DNA of 64,000 nucleotides from Aphanothece sp. CMT-3BRIN-NPC111 (GCA_019359765.1 JAHHGU010000009.1:18776-82775); one strand, 5' to 3'; positions 21,295 to 31,359 are shown, counted from the first letter of the stretch. Made by a program: numbers and translations. The notes: generated by a model from the sequence alone, not told the origin.

Positions 21295-21345
21295 AATATA
21301 GCTTTGTTGAAAATATATGTCAACACTAATGCAAATAATTTTCAA
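21295..21345 (-). promoter_or_regulatory. isaR1 promoter with Fur-like boxes
   Basis: TTGACA (21323-21318) N17 TATATT (21300-21295); 7-1-7 boxes TGAAAAT-A-TATGTCA and TGAAAAT-T-ATTTGCA. Confidence 0.7.
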
Positions 21346-21449
21346 CAAGTAGATTTAGGCTTAGGTAGGGAAGCAAACAAGCAGCATCCGAAGAAACGGA
21401 AGGGAGCTATGATAATTCAGGCTTTAAAGCTGGTATCTTCTATACAAAT

Positions 21450-22100
21450 ATGGCTCTGCAACTGCGTGTCTATGTTCCCCCCCATCCACTGATTAAGCAC
21501 TGGCTCGGCGTCGCTCGTGATGCCATGACACCACCAACTTTGTTTCGCAGCGCTATGACGGAACTGGGACGCTGGCTCACTTATGAAGCAATTCGTGACT
21601 GGTTACCTACCGTGGAAACAACAGTGCAAACTCCACTAGCTTCCTGCCCAGCTACGTTTGTGAATCCAGAGGTGCCACTGGTGGTAGTGCCAATTTTGCG
21701 AGCAGGACTGTCGTTGTTGGAAGGGGCGCAGACTTTGCTGCCTTTAGCGTCAATTTACCATCTTGGCTTGGTGCGAAATGAGGAAACACTAGAACCCAGC
21801 TGTTACCTCAACAAATTGCCAATGCAGTTTGACCCTCAAACGCGGGTTTTAATCACTGAGCCGATGCTGGCGACGGGTGGGACAATCATGGCTACAATGG
21901 CAGAATTGACCAAACGAGGCGTCGATCCCGCAATGGTGCGAATTATTTCTGTAGTTGCAGCACCACCAGCTTTACAAAAACTGGGGACTAATTATGCTGG
22001 TTTGAATATCTATACAGCAACTATTGATGAAGGTCTCAATAGTCAGGGATTTATTGTGCCAGGGTTAGGAGATGCGGGCGATCGCACTTTTGGCACTTAA
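21450..22100 (+). CDS. upp: Uracil phosphoribosyltransferase
   Basis: VPILRAGL, PMLATGGT and IVPGLGDAGDRTFGT. Confidence 0.97.
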   Translation: MALQLRVYVPPHPLIKHWLGVARDAMTPPTLFRSAMTELGRWLTYEAIRDWLPTVETTVQTPLASCPATFVNPEVPLVVVPILRAGLSLLEGAQTLLPLASIYHLGLVRNEETLEPSCYLNKLPMQFDPQTRVLITEPMLATGGTIMATMAELTKRGVDPAMVRIISVVAAPPALQKLGTNYAGLNIYTATIDEGLNSQGFIVPGLGDAGDRTFGT

Positions 22101-22263
22101 GACAGCGATCGCTCCTTCATCGCTGGGCACCTAGGTCAACAAGGAGCGTTGTAACTGCTAAGCTGGGACATAAGTAACTAACAACTCTACGGGCGAAGCT
22201 TTCGTGCCCAGGTTTATTGAATGCGAAAGCCCCTAACAACTCACAACTAAAAAGTAACAGCTT

Positions 22264-22608
22264 ATGAGTCAGGGCGATGGTTTTACGGGCGGATTTCTGG
22301 CTGGAGCAATAGTGGGAGGCTTGATCGGTGGAACGATCGGGGCGCTGGTTGCTTCAGGACGCGCAACCGATAGTGGCGATGCGGATGCATCTTTACTTAA
22401 TCGCGGCCTGTCAGAAGCCAAGGCTACCAAAGGTAAAAAACGTCAACTTAAGGACTCAGACAGTATCGAAGCTTCTCGCCGCAGCTTAGAGGATAAAATT
22501 GCCCAATTGAATGCGGCGATTGACGAAGTGCGGTTGTCTCTGGGTAATGTGAATGGCAACGCTATAGAGACTGCTATGGAGCGCCCTATGCAAAGCGAGG
22601 AGCGTTAG
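22264..22608 (+). CDS. Conserved cyanobacterial protein (Gly-rich TM plus coiled coil)
   Basis: GFLAGAIVGGLIG and RRSLEDKIAQLNAAID; position between upp and yggT. Confidence 0.8.
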   Translation: MSQGDGFTGGFLAGAIVGGLIGGTIGALVASGRATDSGDADASLLNRGLSEAKATKGKKRQLKDSDSIEASRRSLEDKIAQLNAAIDEVRLSLGNVNGNAIETAMERPMQSEER

Positions 22609-22630
22609 CGCCGCAGGGCTTCGCTAACGC
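22602..22630. repeat. 21-nt SDR-like palindromic insertion into a HIP1 site
   Basis: gcgttagcgccgcagggcttcgctaacgc is 29 nt, i.e. an 8-nt HIP1 plus 21 nt; it creates the TAG stop of the upstream gene. Confidence 0.6.
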
Positions 22631-22856
22631 TCACCCCTGAAGCCTAAAACTCAGCTTTTTAGTCGCCGTCAGGAAAAGCGTTTAGCTACTAGCTAAAATC
22701 CTACGACTTTTATATCGGGGGTAAGAAATTCTGATGCTTTGCTTTTTTGTTTTCCATAATTAAAATAGGAGCACTGCCATGCTCCTACTGGAAACTCCTT
22801 TAAACTAGCTATCTCAAGGATTGCTAATTGCTTTCTCGATCAACCCTGCTTGACCG

Positions 22857-23207
22857 ATGCAGAAGGCAAGGATATCCGTTAAACTAACTTCAGAAATTAC
22901 AAAGGAAGCGGCACCATCCATGAGTTCCTCAGCTGCGTTGCTGACCAACAGTCTCTACTACTTTCTGCAAATCTATATAATTCTGCTAGTAATTCGCATT
23001 CTCTTGACTTGGTTTCCCACAGTCAACTGGATGAACCAGCTAGCTTCTGCCTTGAGTCCCGTAACCGATCCCTACCTAGACCTATTCCGTTCCTTTATTC
23101 CGCCACTAGGTGGAACTCTAGATATTTCCCCAATATTGGCGCTTTTTTTGCTGCAATTTGTGGCTAGCCTGTTTGATCCTGGCGCACAGTCAAGCATTGG
23201 GTTCTAA
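22857..23207 (+). CDS. ycf19: YggT/Ycf19 family membrane protein
   Basis: RILLTWFP...TDPYLDLFRSFIPPLGG.LDISP; probable start at 22920. Confidence 0.9.
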   Translation: MQKARISVKLTSEITKEAAPSMSSSAALLTNSLYYFLQIYIILLVIRILLTWFPTVNWMNQLASALSPVTDPYLDLFRSFIPPLGGTLDISPILALFLLQFVASLFDPGAQSSIGF

Positions 23208-23249
23208 GTTTCACAGGCTAGGTAATAGTTCTCCTGCACTCATAGGGCG

Positions 23250-23696
23250 TCAGCGGCGAACTCTGCCACTAAAGCCAGACGCCTTGAACTGCTTTAGCTG
23301 AAGGGGTGTCGGTAGAGAAGCAGGCACAGAGATTCTCATCTCGAAATCACTGACTCCCGGTGGCACCTCTTCGATGGAGCCGAGACGAGTGCGGTTTTCC
23401 ATCACTGAATTATTATCAGCATCATAAATGCGACCATAGATATCCGCATCGTAGACAGGCTTACCAGATTTATTTTCTGCCTTGCCAGTAACGATAAAGC
23501 AATTGGCAGCCTGGGTGATACCACCGCTGGTTACAGCCCCTTGAGCTAATTCATCTGGGCAGTTGTGATAGGAAAGGTCTAATAGTTGAATCTGGGTCAA
23601 TGCCAGAGCCGAGGGAGCCAACACCCAGCTCGCACACCATAGCATACAGGAAACAACAACGATAGCTAAGGCTCGAAATCGCATAAACCGCACCAT
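23250..23696 (-). CDS. Conserved exported hypothetical protein
   Basis: Signal peptide (ALA), a Cys pair and a beta-rich mature domain. Confidence 0.75.
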   Translation of the reverse strand: MVRFMRFRALAIVVVSCMLWCASWVLAPSALALTQIQLLDLSYHNCPDELAQGAVTSGGITQAANCFIVTGKAENKSGKPVYDADIYGRIYDADNNSVMENRTRLGSIEEVPPGVSDFEMRISVPASLPTPLQLKQFKASGFSGRVRR

Positions 23697-23975
23697 GAAT
23701 TAATCTGTGCTGTAATTTTAACCTCAGCTGCTCGCTAATTTAGAACCAACTGGCTTGGGTAGTACTTTCAACCCTCTGCTGCGATAATAAAGGATTAAGC
23801 AGATTGGCTCCAAATAAATATAACTGTGGGAGCGTAGCTAGTGATTAGTGGTAAAAATCCTACTAACTTCTAACTACTAACAATTTCCAGCCTAAGTTTA
23901 ATTACAGCCACCTACTTAATTTCTGCTTAAAAATCAAGGACGCAGCACGGTAAGAGTCCAATTTCTCTAGCCGCC

Positions 23976-24638
23976 ATGACCCCAGCTGAGATTGAAGCCG
24001 CAATGCTTGCAGCATTTAACCAATGTGATGCGGCGTTCTGCCCTCTGAGTGAGAGGCAGAAACAAATCCTGCTGGAAGTGGTTACCCAGGAATTTAGTGT
24101 AAACCAGATGGGCGCTCAGGCGACGGGCGATCGCAGTGGTGCGACTATTAATCCTTTAGACGAACTGGCTGCCGAGGAACGCCAAGCCTTATTGCAATTC
24201 GTTAAAGAACAAGAAAGACAAAATCGCTCCTGGAAAATCACATTACTGAACGACTGGCTGCACAATCGGGACTCTGGAGCGATACAATTCATTCGCGATC
24301 GCTACGGGTTCCAATGGCTCAATCGTATTAAGCAGATTCACTTAGCTGAATATTTTGAGCAGGAAACAGATGGAACCTTAAAGCTCAAAGTGGGCGATCG
24401 CATTGAAGTCTCGAATGGCCTCTGGGAGTGGGTACAAGAGACGGGGCCCTATAGCCAGGAATGGTTTCCTTGCACGGTAATTGGGCTGTACGAAACACCA
24501 CAGGGCGAGCGTGAAGCAGCGACCGAAGCCACTCGCTCCCATACCAATTGCATTATCCGCTTCGAGAGCGGCATTGAATACGAGATTCAAGGTATCTATG
24601 AATGGAATCGCTATAAATGGCGCTGGCCGACGGGGTGA
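23976..24638 (+). CDS. Hypothetical protein, possible SH3/Tudor-like C-terminus
   Basis: 220-aa ORF; LKVGDRIEV...WFPCTV. Confidence 0.7.
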   Translation: MTPAEIEAAMLAAFNQCDAAFCPLSERQKQILLEVVTQEFSVNQMGAQATGDRSGATINPLDELAAEERQALLQFVKEQERQNRSWKITLLNDWLHNRDSGAIQFIRDRYGFQWLNRIKQIHLAEYFEQETDGTLKLKVGDRIEVSNGLWEWVQETGPYSQEWFPCTVIGLYETPQGEREAATEATRSHTNCIIRFESGIEYEIQGIYEWNRYKWRWPTG

Positions 24639-24680
24639 GAGCAGGGGGAGCAGGGGGAGCAGGGGGAGCAGGGGGAGCAG
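24639..24680 (+). repeat. 9-bp tandem repeat (gagcagggg)n
   Basis: About 4.5 direct copies between convergent genes. Confidence 0.9.
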
Positions 24681-24695
24681 AGAAAGAAAAATCAA

Positions 24696-25589
24696 TTAGG
24701 TTGATAAGCCTAGATGCTGTCGCAGGGATTGGCGCATGATGTCCACTGGCACTGGCTGCTGCAACCAAATTTGTAGGGCGGCGGCTCCCTGTTGTACTAG
24801 CATTTCCAGCCCATCAATGGCGCTCGCACCTTGGGCTTGAGCTGCCCTGAGAAACTGAGTCGGGTTGGGTGTGTAAATCAAGTCATAAGCGATCGCACCC
24901 ATAGGCATTTTTGCCATTACAGCTTCATCCACTGGCGACTTATCAACATGGGGATACATGCCGATAGGCGTTGTATTCACCAATAAATCTGCCTGAGATA
25001 TTAGACTTGGTAGTTCCTCCCAGTTATGAACGCTGAGTTTAATAGGTAGGGGTGAATTAACCCAGCTATTTAAAAATTGGTTTAACTTCTCTTGGTTACG
25101 CCCAACGACTCGCACTTGGGCGCAACCTAGTTGGGTACAGCCTGCCACTACAGCCCGTGCTGCGCCGCCATTGCCCAAAATCACTGCTACAGTTTGACTC
25201 CAATCTCGGTTTTTCTCCCGTAGTGGCGCAACAAATCCCTCTACATCAGTGTTCGTGCCACTCCAGCCGGAGCTGGTACGCCAAACCGTGTTCACCGCCC
25301 CTACAGACTGGGCGATGGGGGAAATTTCTGTTAACAGCGGCATAATCGCCTGCTTATGGGGAATTGTGACACTAAAGCCCACAACACCGATGGCGGCAAA
25401 GCCTGCGATCGCAACCTCTAGATCCTCTGGTTTAACAGGAAGGGGTACGTAGACATAATCGAGTCCTAAATTTGCCTTTGTGTGGGCTACGCCTATCGCA
25501 GCATTGTGCATCACGGGCGACAGGGAATGCTCAACGGGATAACCAATGACCCCCAGCAGTTTGGTTGTACCTGTAATTACTGACATCAA
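24696..25589 (-). CDS. aroE: Shikimate dehydrogenase
   Basis: HSLSPVMHN, VTIPHK, NTDVEGF, GNGGAARA and DGLEMLVQQG. Confidence 0.96.
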   Translation of the reverse strand: MMSVITGTTKLLGVIGYPVEHSLSPVMHNAAIGVAHTKANLGLDYVYVPLPVKPEDLEVAIAGFAAIGVVGFSVTIPHKQAIMPLLTEISPIAQSVGAVNTVWRTSSGWSGTNTDVEGFVAPLREKNRDWSQTVAVILGNGGAARAVVAGCTQLGCAQVRVVGRNQEKLNQFLNSWVNSPLPIKLSVHNWEELPSLISQADLLVNTTPIGMYPHVDKSPVDEAVMAKMPMGAIAYDLIYTPNPTQFLRAAQAQGASAIDGLEMLVQQGAAALQIWLQQPVPVDIMRQSLRQHLGLST

Positions 25590-26104
25590 TGTTCTTGTTT
25601 TTCCTGTTTCACTGGTGCTTCTTGCTGCGCTGTAAACTTAACTTCCCCTGGAACAGAACTTAGGGCTATATTACCTTCTAGGTTTTTTTCCTGCACTCGA
25701 CCTTCAATATTAACTGAGGGAGAACCTGACGCTTCTGTTTGAGCGGCTGAATTATTACAACTTTTTAAGTGCGGCACTGAACCAGACAAATTCAACTGTT
25801 GATTCTGCCACAGACCAGATAAGGAGGGTTTCTCCTCAGCAGTCGTATGTTTTTGGTCGCCTTTGTCAGCAGGCAATAAATAGCCGCTTAAGTACTGACC
25901 CGATTGCTGAACAGTTAATATTAGTTCGTCGGCTTTGAGGCATCCCGGCAAATTTTGGGCGCTGATTCGGTAGTCTCCATCTATAGCGGGAGGAGCCTTG
26001 AGCTTGCTTTCTCCGTAAGCGGAGACAACATTAAACAAAACCACAACTGAACCAATCGCCACTCCATAAAATGCCAAGGACTTGGGGCTGAAATGACTCA
26101 TCAT
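25586..26104 (-). CDS. Membrane-anchored hypothetical protein
   Basis: N-terminal TM helix; overlaps both neighbours. Confidence 0.7.
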   Translation of the reverse strand: MMSHFSPKSLAFYGVAIGSVVVLFNVVSAYGESKLKAPPAIDGDYRISAQNLPGCLKADELILTVQQSGQYLSGYLLPADKGDQKHTTAEEKPSLSGLWQNQQLNLSGSVPHLKSCNNSAAQTEASGSPSVNIEGRVQEKNLEGNIALSSVPGEVKFTAQQEAPVKQEKQEH

Positions 26105-28311
26105 ACTTCGACTCCAGACTCTTGTGTGTCAACAGGCGCTTCGTTGCTTGTAGGTGAAAGCAGCGAGGAGAGGTGAGAAGTGACCTGACTGTAGCGGCGC
26201 GTAATTAAGAGCGAGGAGCGACACTGAATAGCCAGCTGATCTGTGTAGCGTCCTAGGGTTTGACGCTCGATTCCCCAAGCACGGCTAGTGCCAGCTATAG
26301 TCAAGTCAACCGATCCAGATGCCTCAACTACGGCTTGGATAGGGTTGGGTGCTTCTACAATGGGCAGTTCAATACGCGATCGCAACGTGGCTGGCAATTG
26401 CTCCAACAAAGTCATAAACTCGTAGCTTAATTCACTGGGAGCCTCCCCTTGTTGCACTACTCGTAAAACAGTGAGACGGCGCGTATCGCGATTAACAAGG
26501 AGTCTCATGGCGAGTTCCAGTCCTAACTCATCATGAATATTAGCTGCGTACACCACTAATAACTTTTCGTAGGAGCGGACTTCCGACCCACTACTATCGT
26601 CTGGGTTGACAAACACCGCTACATCTACCGGGGCAGAGCTAAGAATTTGACCGACTCGTCCACCCAAGCGATTCGTACTAAATGCCGGACGGTGCCATCC
26701 CATTAAAATCAAATCGGCTCGATCGAGTTTAGCAACCTCTACTGTTGCCCGCCCCACATCTTTGGTAGTACGGACAATTGGATGTACTAAATGACGAATT
26801 TCTGGGGGTTCAAGAGTTTGAATCAACGCTTCCAAGGCAGCTTTGCGGGTTTGGATCAACCGATCTGCTTCTCCGGGAGTGCTTTGAAATAAATAGTCCT
26901 CTTCTAGTTGAATTAAGCTGAGCGGATGAACAGCAGCGGGTTGCATTTTTGTATCTGCGATCGCTAAGGCGATATGCAGCAGACCTTTCTGCGTATTGGG
27001 ATTAGCAACAGGCACTAAAATCCGATAGGTAGGAGAACCAACTTCTGTGCTTTCCCCGGCAGTTGGATCTGGCTCTACCATATCCAGTTGAATTAGCTTT
27101 TTCGGATAAGTCCACTCTAAAAGTGGAGAGGTCATAAACGTCGTTACCAGCGCCATGATTACCAGCATGGTGAACAGCAAAGGTGAGATTACCCCCAAGC
27201 TGAGACCAATGTTTAGCACAATCAGCTCAGTTAGACCGCGAGTATTCATCAACCAGCCGAGTGCAGAGGCTTCTCTTTTGTCGATACCGCAGACACGAGC
27301 TGCGACATAGGTACCCGCGTACTTACCAACGATCGCCACTCCTAAAACTGCTGCACATAAGAGCCACAATTCAGGCTTGTTGAGTAAGCCAATTTCAGTT
27401 CGCAAACCGCTATAGGCAAAAAATATTGGTAGCAAAAATATGAGAACAAAGTCTTCAGTTTTCTCGGCCAACTCCCGCACTAGGCCAGGGTTCTTGGGCA
27501 TTACTGCTCCCAAGAGGAACGCCCCAAAGATTAAGTGAATGCCAATCAGCTCTGTTATCAAGGCTGAAGCAACCACGGCCATGTATATACCAGCCAAAAC
27601 GAACTGGTTGAGCCGTCCAGCGTGATCGTAGTGTCTGGAAATCCTCTGTAGGAGCCAACGCCCCGCCGTCACCATAAACCCTATGTAGAACAACGACCAC
27701 AGAATAGTTGGTATGGCTCCCACCATGCTGTTGGTACGAGTAACTGCGATCGCCAGCGCCAACAAGCACCAAGCTGTGACATCATCCACTGCGGCACAAG
27801 TCAGCGCCAAAGTTCCCAAGCGCGTACCCTGTAAGTTGTTCTCAGTGATTATCCGAGCCAGTACCGGAAATGCCGTAATCGACATTGCCGCCCCTAAAAA
27901 TAAGGCAAAGGCAGTAAACCCCACGCTGTCATTAGAAACCAGAGGGTAAAGTAGCAGAGCTAGCACGCTTCCCAGCGAAAACGGTACCAAAATACTGACG
28001 TGAGAAGTCAAAATCGCTATGTCCAAGTTTCCCTTGAGATACTTTGGATCTAGCTCCAAGCCAATCAGAAACATGAAAAAGATTAGCCCTACTTGAGATA
28101 GCACATTCAAGAAGGGAACGGCTTCAGCTGGGAACAATGAAGCCGCTAAATCTGGAGCAACCAAACCAAACAAAGATGGCCCTAGCATAATCCCGGCTAC
28201 GATTTCGCCGATTACTAAGGGTTGCTTAATCCAGCGGAATCCCAAGCCCACAAGCCGGGAAAGTCCTATGACAATCAAAACTTCAACGAGAACAAGAATA
28301 ACTGTTTGCAT
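26101..28311 (-). CDS. CPA2 cation/H+ antiporter with USP-like C-terminal domain
   Basis: QPLVIGEIVAGIMLGPS, TAFPVLARI, AAVDD and MNTRGLTEL; C-terminal ILVPVAN...DLILMG. Confidence 0.93.
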   Translation of the reverse strand: MQTVILVLVEVLIVIGLSRLVGLGFRWIKQPLVIGEIVAGIMLGPSLFGLVAPDLAASLFPAEAVPFLNVLSQVGLIFFMFLIGLELDPKYLKGNLDIAILTSHVSILVPFSLGSVLALLLYPLVSNDSVGFTAFALFLGAAMSITAFPVLARIITENNLQGTRLGTLALTCAAVDDVTAWCLLALAIAVTRTNSMVGAIPTILWSLFYIGFMVTAGRWLLQRISRHYDHAGRLNQFVLAGIYMAVVASALITELIGIHLIFGAFLLGAVMPKNPGLVRELAEKTEDFVLIFLLPIFFAYSGLRTEIGLLNKPELWLLCAAVLGVAIVGKYAGTYVAARVCGIDKREASALGWLMNTRGLTELIVLNIGLSLGVISPLLFTMLVIMALVTTFMTSPLLEWTYPKKLIQLDMVEPDPTAGESTEVGSPTYRILVPVANPNTQKGLLHIALAIADTKMQPAAVHPLSLIQLEEDYLFQSTPGEADRLIQTRKAALEALIQTLEPPEIRHLVHPIVRTTKDVGRATVEVAKLDRADLILMGWHRPAFSTNRLGGRVGQILSSAPVDVAVFVNPDDSSGSEVRSYEKLLVVYAANIHDELGLELAMRLLVNRDTRRLTVLRVVQQGEAPSELSYEFMTLLEQLPATLRSRIELPIVEAPNPIQAVVEASGSVDLTIAGTSRAWGIERQTLGRYTDQLAIQCRSSLLITRRYSQVTSHLSSLLSPTSNEAPVDTQESGVEV

Positions 28312-28709
28312 AATTTCCTCAAGAGTCCTCGCGCCTGAAACGTGACGCTAACTTGGGTTGTCCTAACAACCAGGCACGTAACGTGTCAGAGGGTAACCTG
28401 TTGCATCGTAATCTAATGACGAGCAAGGAAAAGCTCCAAAGCGCTATCTGGATGATTAGCTCTAGTATTTAGCCTTAGTTTGCCACCACCAGGCACATTC
28501 CGCATCTATTGAGCAGGATAATTCCATATAGTTAAGTGTAGATGAGCGTTATCGCGAGCAACGCGCTGTGTTTGAGGTTCATCCCAGGAGCTTCTGGGGC
28601 AATACAGTTCAGTTAGCGCCTTCTACCTTTCCTTCTTCTTTGTGTCCTTTGGGCCTTTGTGGTTCACTCCTAGCCTTAGCTGAACCATATTCGCTGATGC
28701 GGCAGAGTA

Positions 28710-30053
28710 TCATAAAGCTATGCCGTTATACCGAAAGGCATTATCCCAAACCTGATCGAGTACTACCATAGCCTCTTCTAAGGGGAGAACATGACAAAAC
28801 CCTTGGCTATCGTAGGTTAATAAAGAGATTTCAGCAGCACTATTGGTTTGTTCAGTATTCCGGCTCACTTCGCCTTTAATATCTTGCAGGTTATTCAACG
28901 GACCGTGGATATCGAAGTTAATCGTGGTGCCCAGCTTCTTCTCCATCCAGGTTTCGATCTTAGAGTCTAGCTGTTCGGGATTGAGTAGTTCTTCACTGAT
29001 CATTAGATGGTAATACACCAAAATAATTTCCTTACATTCCTCTTCCTCAGCAATGTCTATGAGCCGCCCGAAGGCGCTATCATTGTTAGCTAAATTTTTA
29101 AAAAAAAGCGTATCAGTTACATCTTTTTGGAATTTAATTTTTTTATTTTTGTAAGTGGTGTATTGCTTAAATGCAAATCCACCCAAAGTCATTCCTAAGG
29201 AGAGTGTTGCTACTAGAACCGGCATAACATTTCGGAGCTGATCCGGTTCTACATCCAACGCTTCTATTAGGGGAGTTGCGTTTAGTACCAGCAAAATTGC
29301 AGCGATCAGCAGTAATATATTTGGTAAGGCTTTTAACAGAAGTGGAACGGCAGCCCCAATAGCCGGAACTCCAAAGAGCAGCCGATCTTTCCAAGTCATA
29401 CGGGTTGTTACGTTAGGAAAGAGCAAGTCAATATCTAATTGAGGAACATTTTTATAAAAGTAAACATACATCTTACCGGGAGTAAATTTTAGCTGATCTA
29501 TCTTGGCTTTTTTGCTCCGGAAATAAGCAGCTTCTTTAAATTTAATTAGTAAAACAATTCGTTCAAAAATATCAAGAACCTTTTCTTCTTTCCAGAAAAT
29601 GAACTTTTTTAAATAAATTGTTTTGTAGTTATTTCCCTGGTAATAGCATATAAATCTATCGAATTCCTCAAAATTAACCTGGGTTTTTAAATCTATTAAA
29701 GATTTATTTGCCAAAGCTTTTTGTACAGTCGCTTCAGATAAAGGAATATAATTAGCTCTTTCTAAGATATGGTTAAATGCATCAACAACCATTGACTCCA
29801 TCTCTTCATATTGGTCAAGGCTCGGTTGAATTAATGGTTGAACATCTGTGTTGGGATTGAAGGGGACGTAGTTGTCTTTGATTATTTCTAGCGTATGGTG
29901 AAAGCGGAAGTGATAATACGCTGATAGGATTTGGCAGAAATCCTTAAACTTTAAAGCATCAGCAGCAGATAGCTGACCATCTTGCAGGCAAAGTTCAATA
30001 ATATCCCGGCGGCGATAGGGAATGAACGCTTCTCGATTTTTGGAACCTGGCAT
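28710..30053 (-). CDS. TMEM143/DUF3754 family protein
   Basis: REAFIP, YKNVPQLDIDLLFP, FFKNLANN and AEEEECKEIILVY. Confidence 0.75.
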   Translation of the reverse strand: MPGSKNREAFIPYRRRDIIELCLQDGQLSAADALKFKDFCQILSAYYHFRFHHTLEIIKDNYVPFNPNTDVQPLIQPSLDQYEEMESMVVDAFNHILERANYIPLSEATVQKALANKSLIDLKTQVNFEEFDRFICYYQGNNYKTIYLKKFIFWKEEKVLDIFERIVLLIKFKEAAYFRSKKAKIDQLKFTPGKMYVYFYKNVPQLDIDLLFPNVTTRMTWKDRLLFGVPAIGAAVPLLLKALPNILLLIAAILLVLNATPLIEALDVEPDQLRNVMPVLVATLSLGMTLGGFAFKQYTTYKNKKIKFQKDVTDTLFFKNLANNDSAFGRLIDIAEEEECKEIILVYYHLMISEELLNPEQLDSKIETWMEKKLGTTINFDIHGPLNNLQDIKGEVSRNTEQTNSAAEISLLTYDSQGFCHVLPLEEAMVVLDQVWDNAFRYNGIAL

Positions 30054-30179
30054 GAGTTGATATCTAGTTACTTACTAGTATCTTAATTGACACTCCCCCA
30101 GAGTCATGCACGGGTAATTCACACTTTGTCTAAACCAATATCACAGACCAGGCGGTAGAAGTACTCCTGCCGAACCCTC

Positions 30180-30572
30180 TTAGAGCCGTTGAGGCGTGGG
30201 CATTTGCACTGACCACTGTACTGGTGTTGCTCCCCGAAATAGTACTTTTTGGGGGTCGATGGTATAACCGGGTTTTAATTCAATGACTAGGCGAGTGGTT
30301 TGGTCGTCAAGCTGCCCAACCCTTAGATACGCCATAGCTCCATCTAGGGGCTTTTTCACCGTCGGGCTTTTCAGAGCTGTACCGGGCAAATCAATAACCA
30401 AGCGCGTGGGGTTAAAAATCAACATTGCTTTTGGCTGTACCCCAGCGTTCGTCCTGAATTGGAGTCGGTTGGCATTGGCATCAAAATTCCAAAAGACAAG
30501 TTCACCGGCCATAGCAGGCAATGAACACACAAAAATGCTCAAACAGTTAAGTAGTAGCAAGTTTAATCTCAC
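30180..30572 (-). CDS. AMIN domain protein
   Basis: NPTRLVIDLPG and RVGQLDDQTTRLVIEL. Confidence 0.88.
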   Translation of the reverse strand: MRLNLLLLNCLSIFVCSLPAMAGELVFWNFDANANRLQFRTNAGVQPKAMLIFNPTRLVIDLPGTALKSPTVKKPLDGAMAYLRVGQLDDQTTRLVIELKPGYTIDPQKVLFRGATPVQWSVQMPTPQRL

Positions 30573-30909
30573 AAGGCAAGGCTCCTAAAATTTTTTGTTA
30601 GTGTCTAGATGAGACAAGCATCGGGAGATGTTCCAAAATTACCCTTTGGCAATTATCCCAACCCTTGCTACTACGGAAAATTCGCAGTTTCACTTTCATT
30701 GCGCCATAGATATTTTTGGTGTGGAGAAGCACCGTATTTTTGTTAACTCTAATGCCACTTACTGACAGAGAAGGCTCAGATTTCTATATTGTTCTAAGCG
30801 ATAAGAGAGGCTATTTTTTGCCCCTAATAGGCTTTAGGTTTTATAGCCTTACATTTTATAGGGAACGAACCACACTTCAACACTTTTGTTGTATTGCGGG
30901 TTACCTACT

Positions 30910-30943
30910 AAAATCACCGCCCGAATCATTGCTCCGGGCGGTG
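30910..30943 (-). terminator. rpsU terminator
   Basis: tcaccgccc...gggcggtga stem with a T-tract on the minus strand. Confidence 0.65.
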
Positions 30944-30997
30944 AAGTCGAATCTGGCTGCCTAGTTTGCTCTCTTCAACGCCATTAACAGCCTAAAG

Positions 30998-31177
30998 CTA
31001 ATTGAAACGTCTCTTGCGTCGAGCCGCAACTGCCTTGCGTTTGCGCTTTTCCAGGGGAGTTTCAAAGTGCCGATTTTTTTTTACATCTGCTAAAATTCCC
31101 GCTTTAGAGACTTGGCGTTTGAATCGGCGTAGAGCCGAATCAATACCTTCATTTTCGCCTAGTAGCACCTGGGTCAT
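30998..31177 (-). CDS. rpsU: 30S ribosomal protein bS21
   Basis: My translation: [59 protein letters not shown]; not in the ORF track. Confidence 0.96.
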   Translation of the reverse strand: MTQVLLGENEGIDSALRRFKRQVSKAGILADVKKNRHFETPLEKRKRKAVAARRKRRFN

Positions 31178-31254
31178 CCTTGCTCCTTTCTTCCTAGAGG
31201 TGATTCAGTTCTAAGGCCGTCTTAATTTCTACCGTTTCACAAAGTTATTTACTA

Positions 31255-31359
31255 TAGGACTTACGCAGAGCAACAAGAAATACAGAGGTTTGCTTAGAGG
31301 GCTGATTTTCTGCTCGAGAAACTCTGGCAGATGCCCTGCTGTTTGAAGTGTAAGTCCAT
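31255..31359. mobile_element. Degenerate MITE-like element
   Basis: Ends aggacttacgca ... gtgtaagtcc form a GGACTTAC inverted repeat; a lone similar end lies near 31979. Confidence 0.5.

Noticed and set aside
21304-21492. 62-aa ORF
   Set aside because: TTG start, overlaps the isaR1 promoter and the upp start, and has no recognisable features
24378-24768. ORFs reading LPLLPLLP, GSRGSRGS and APPAPP
   Set aside because: Translations of the 9-bp tandem repeat that overlap real genes
30084-30120. ttgacactcccc...gggtaattc, resembling an IS200/IS605 end
   Set aside because: Too short and degenerate; no transposase or partner end found
31002-31214. 70-aa plus-strand ORF
   Set aside because: Antisense shadow of rpsU
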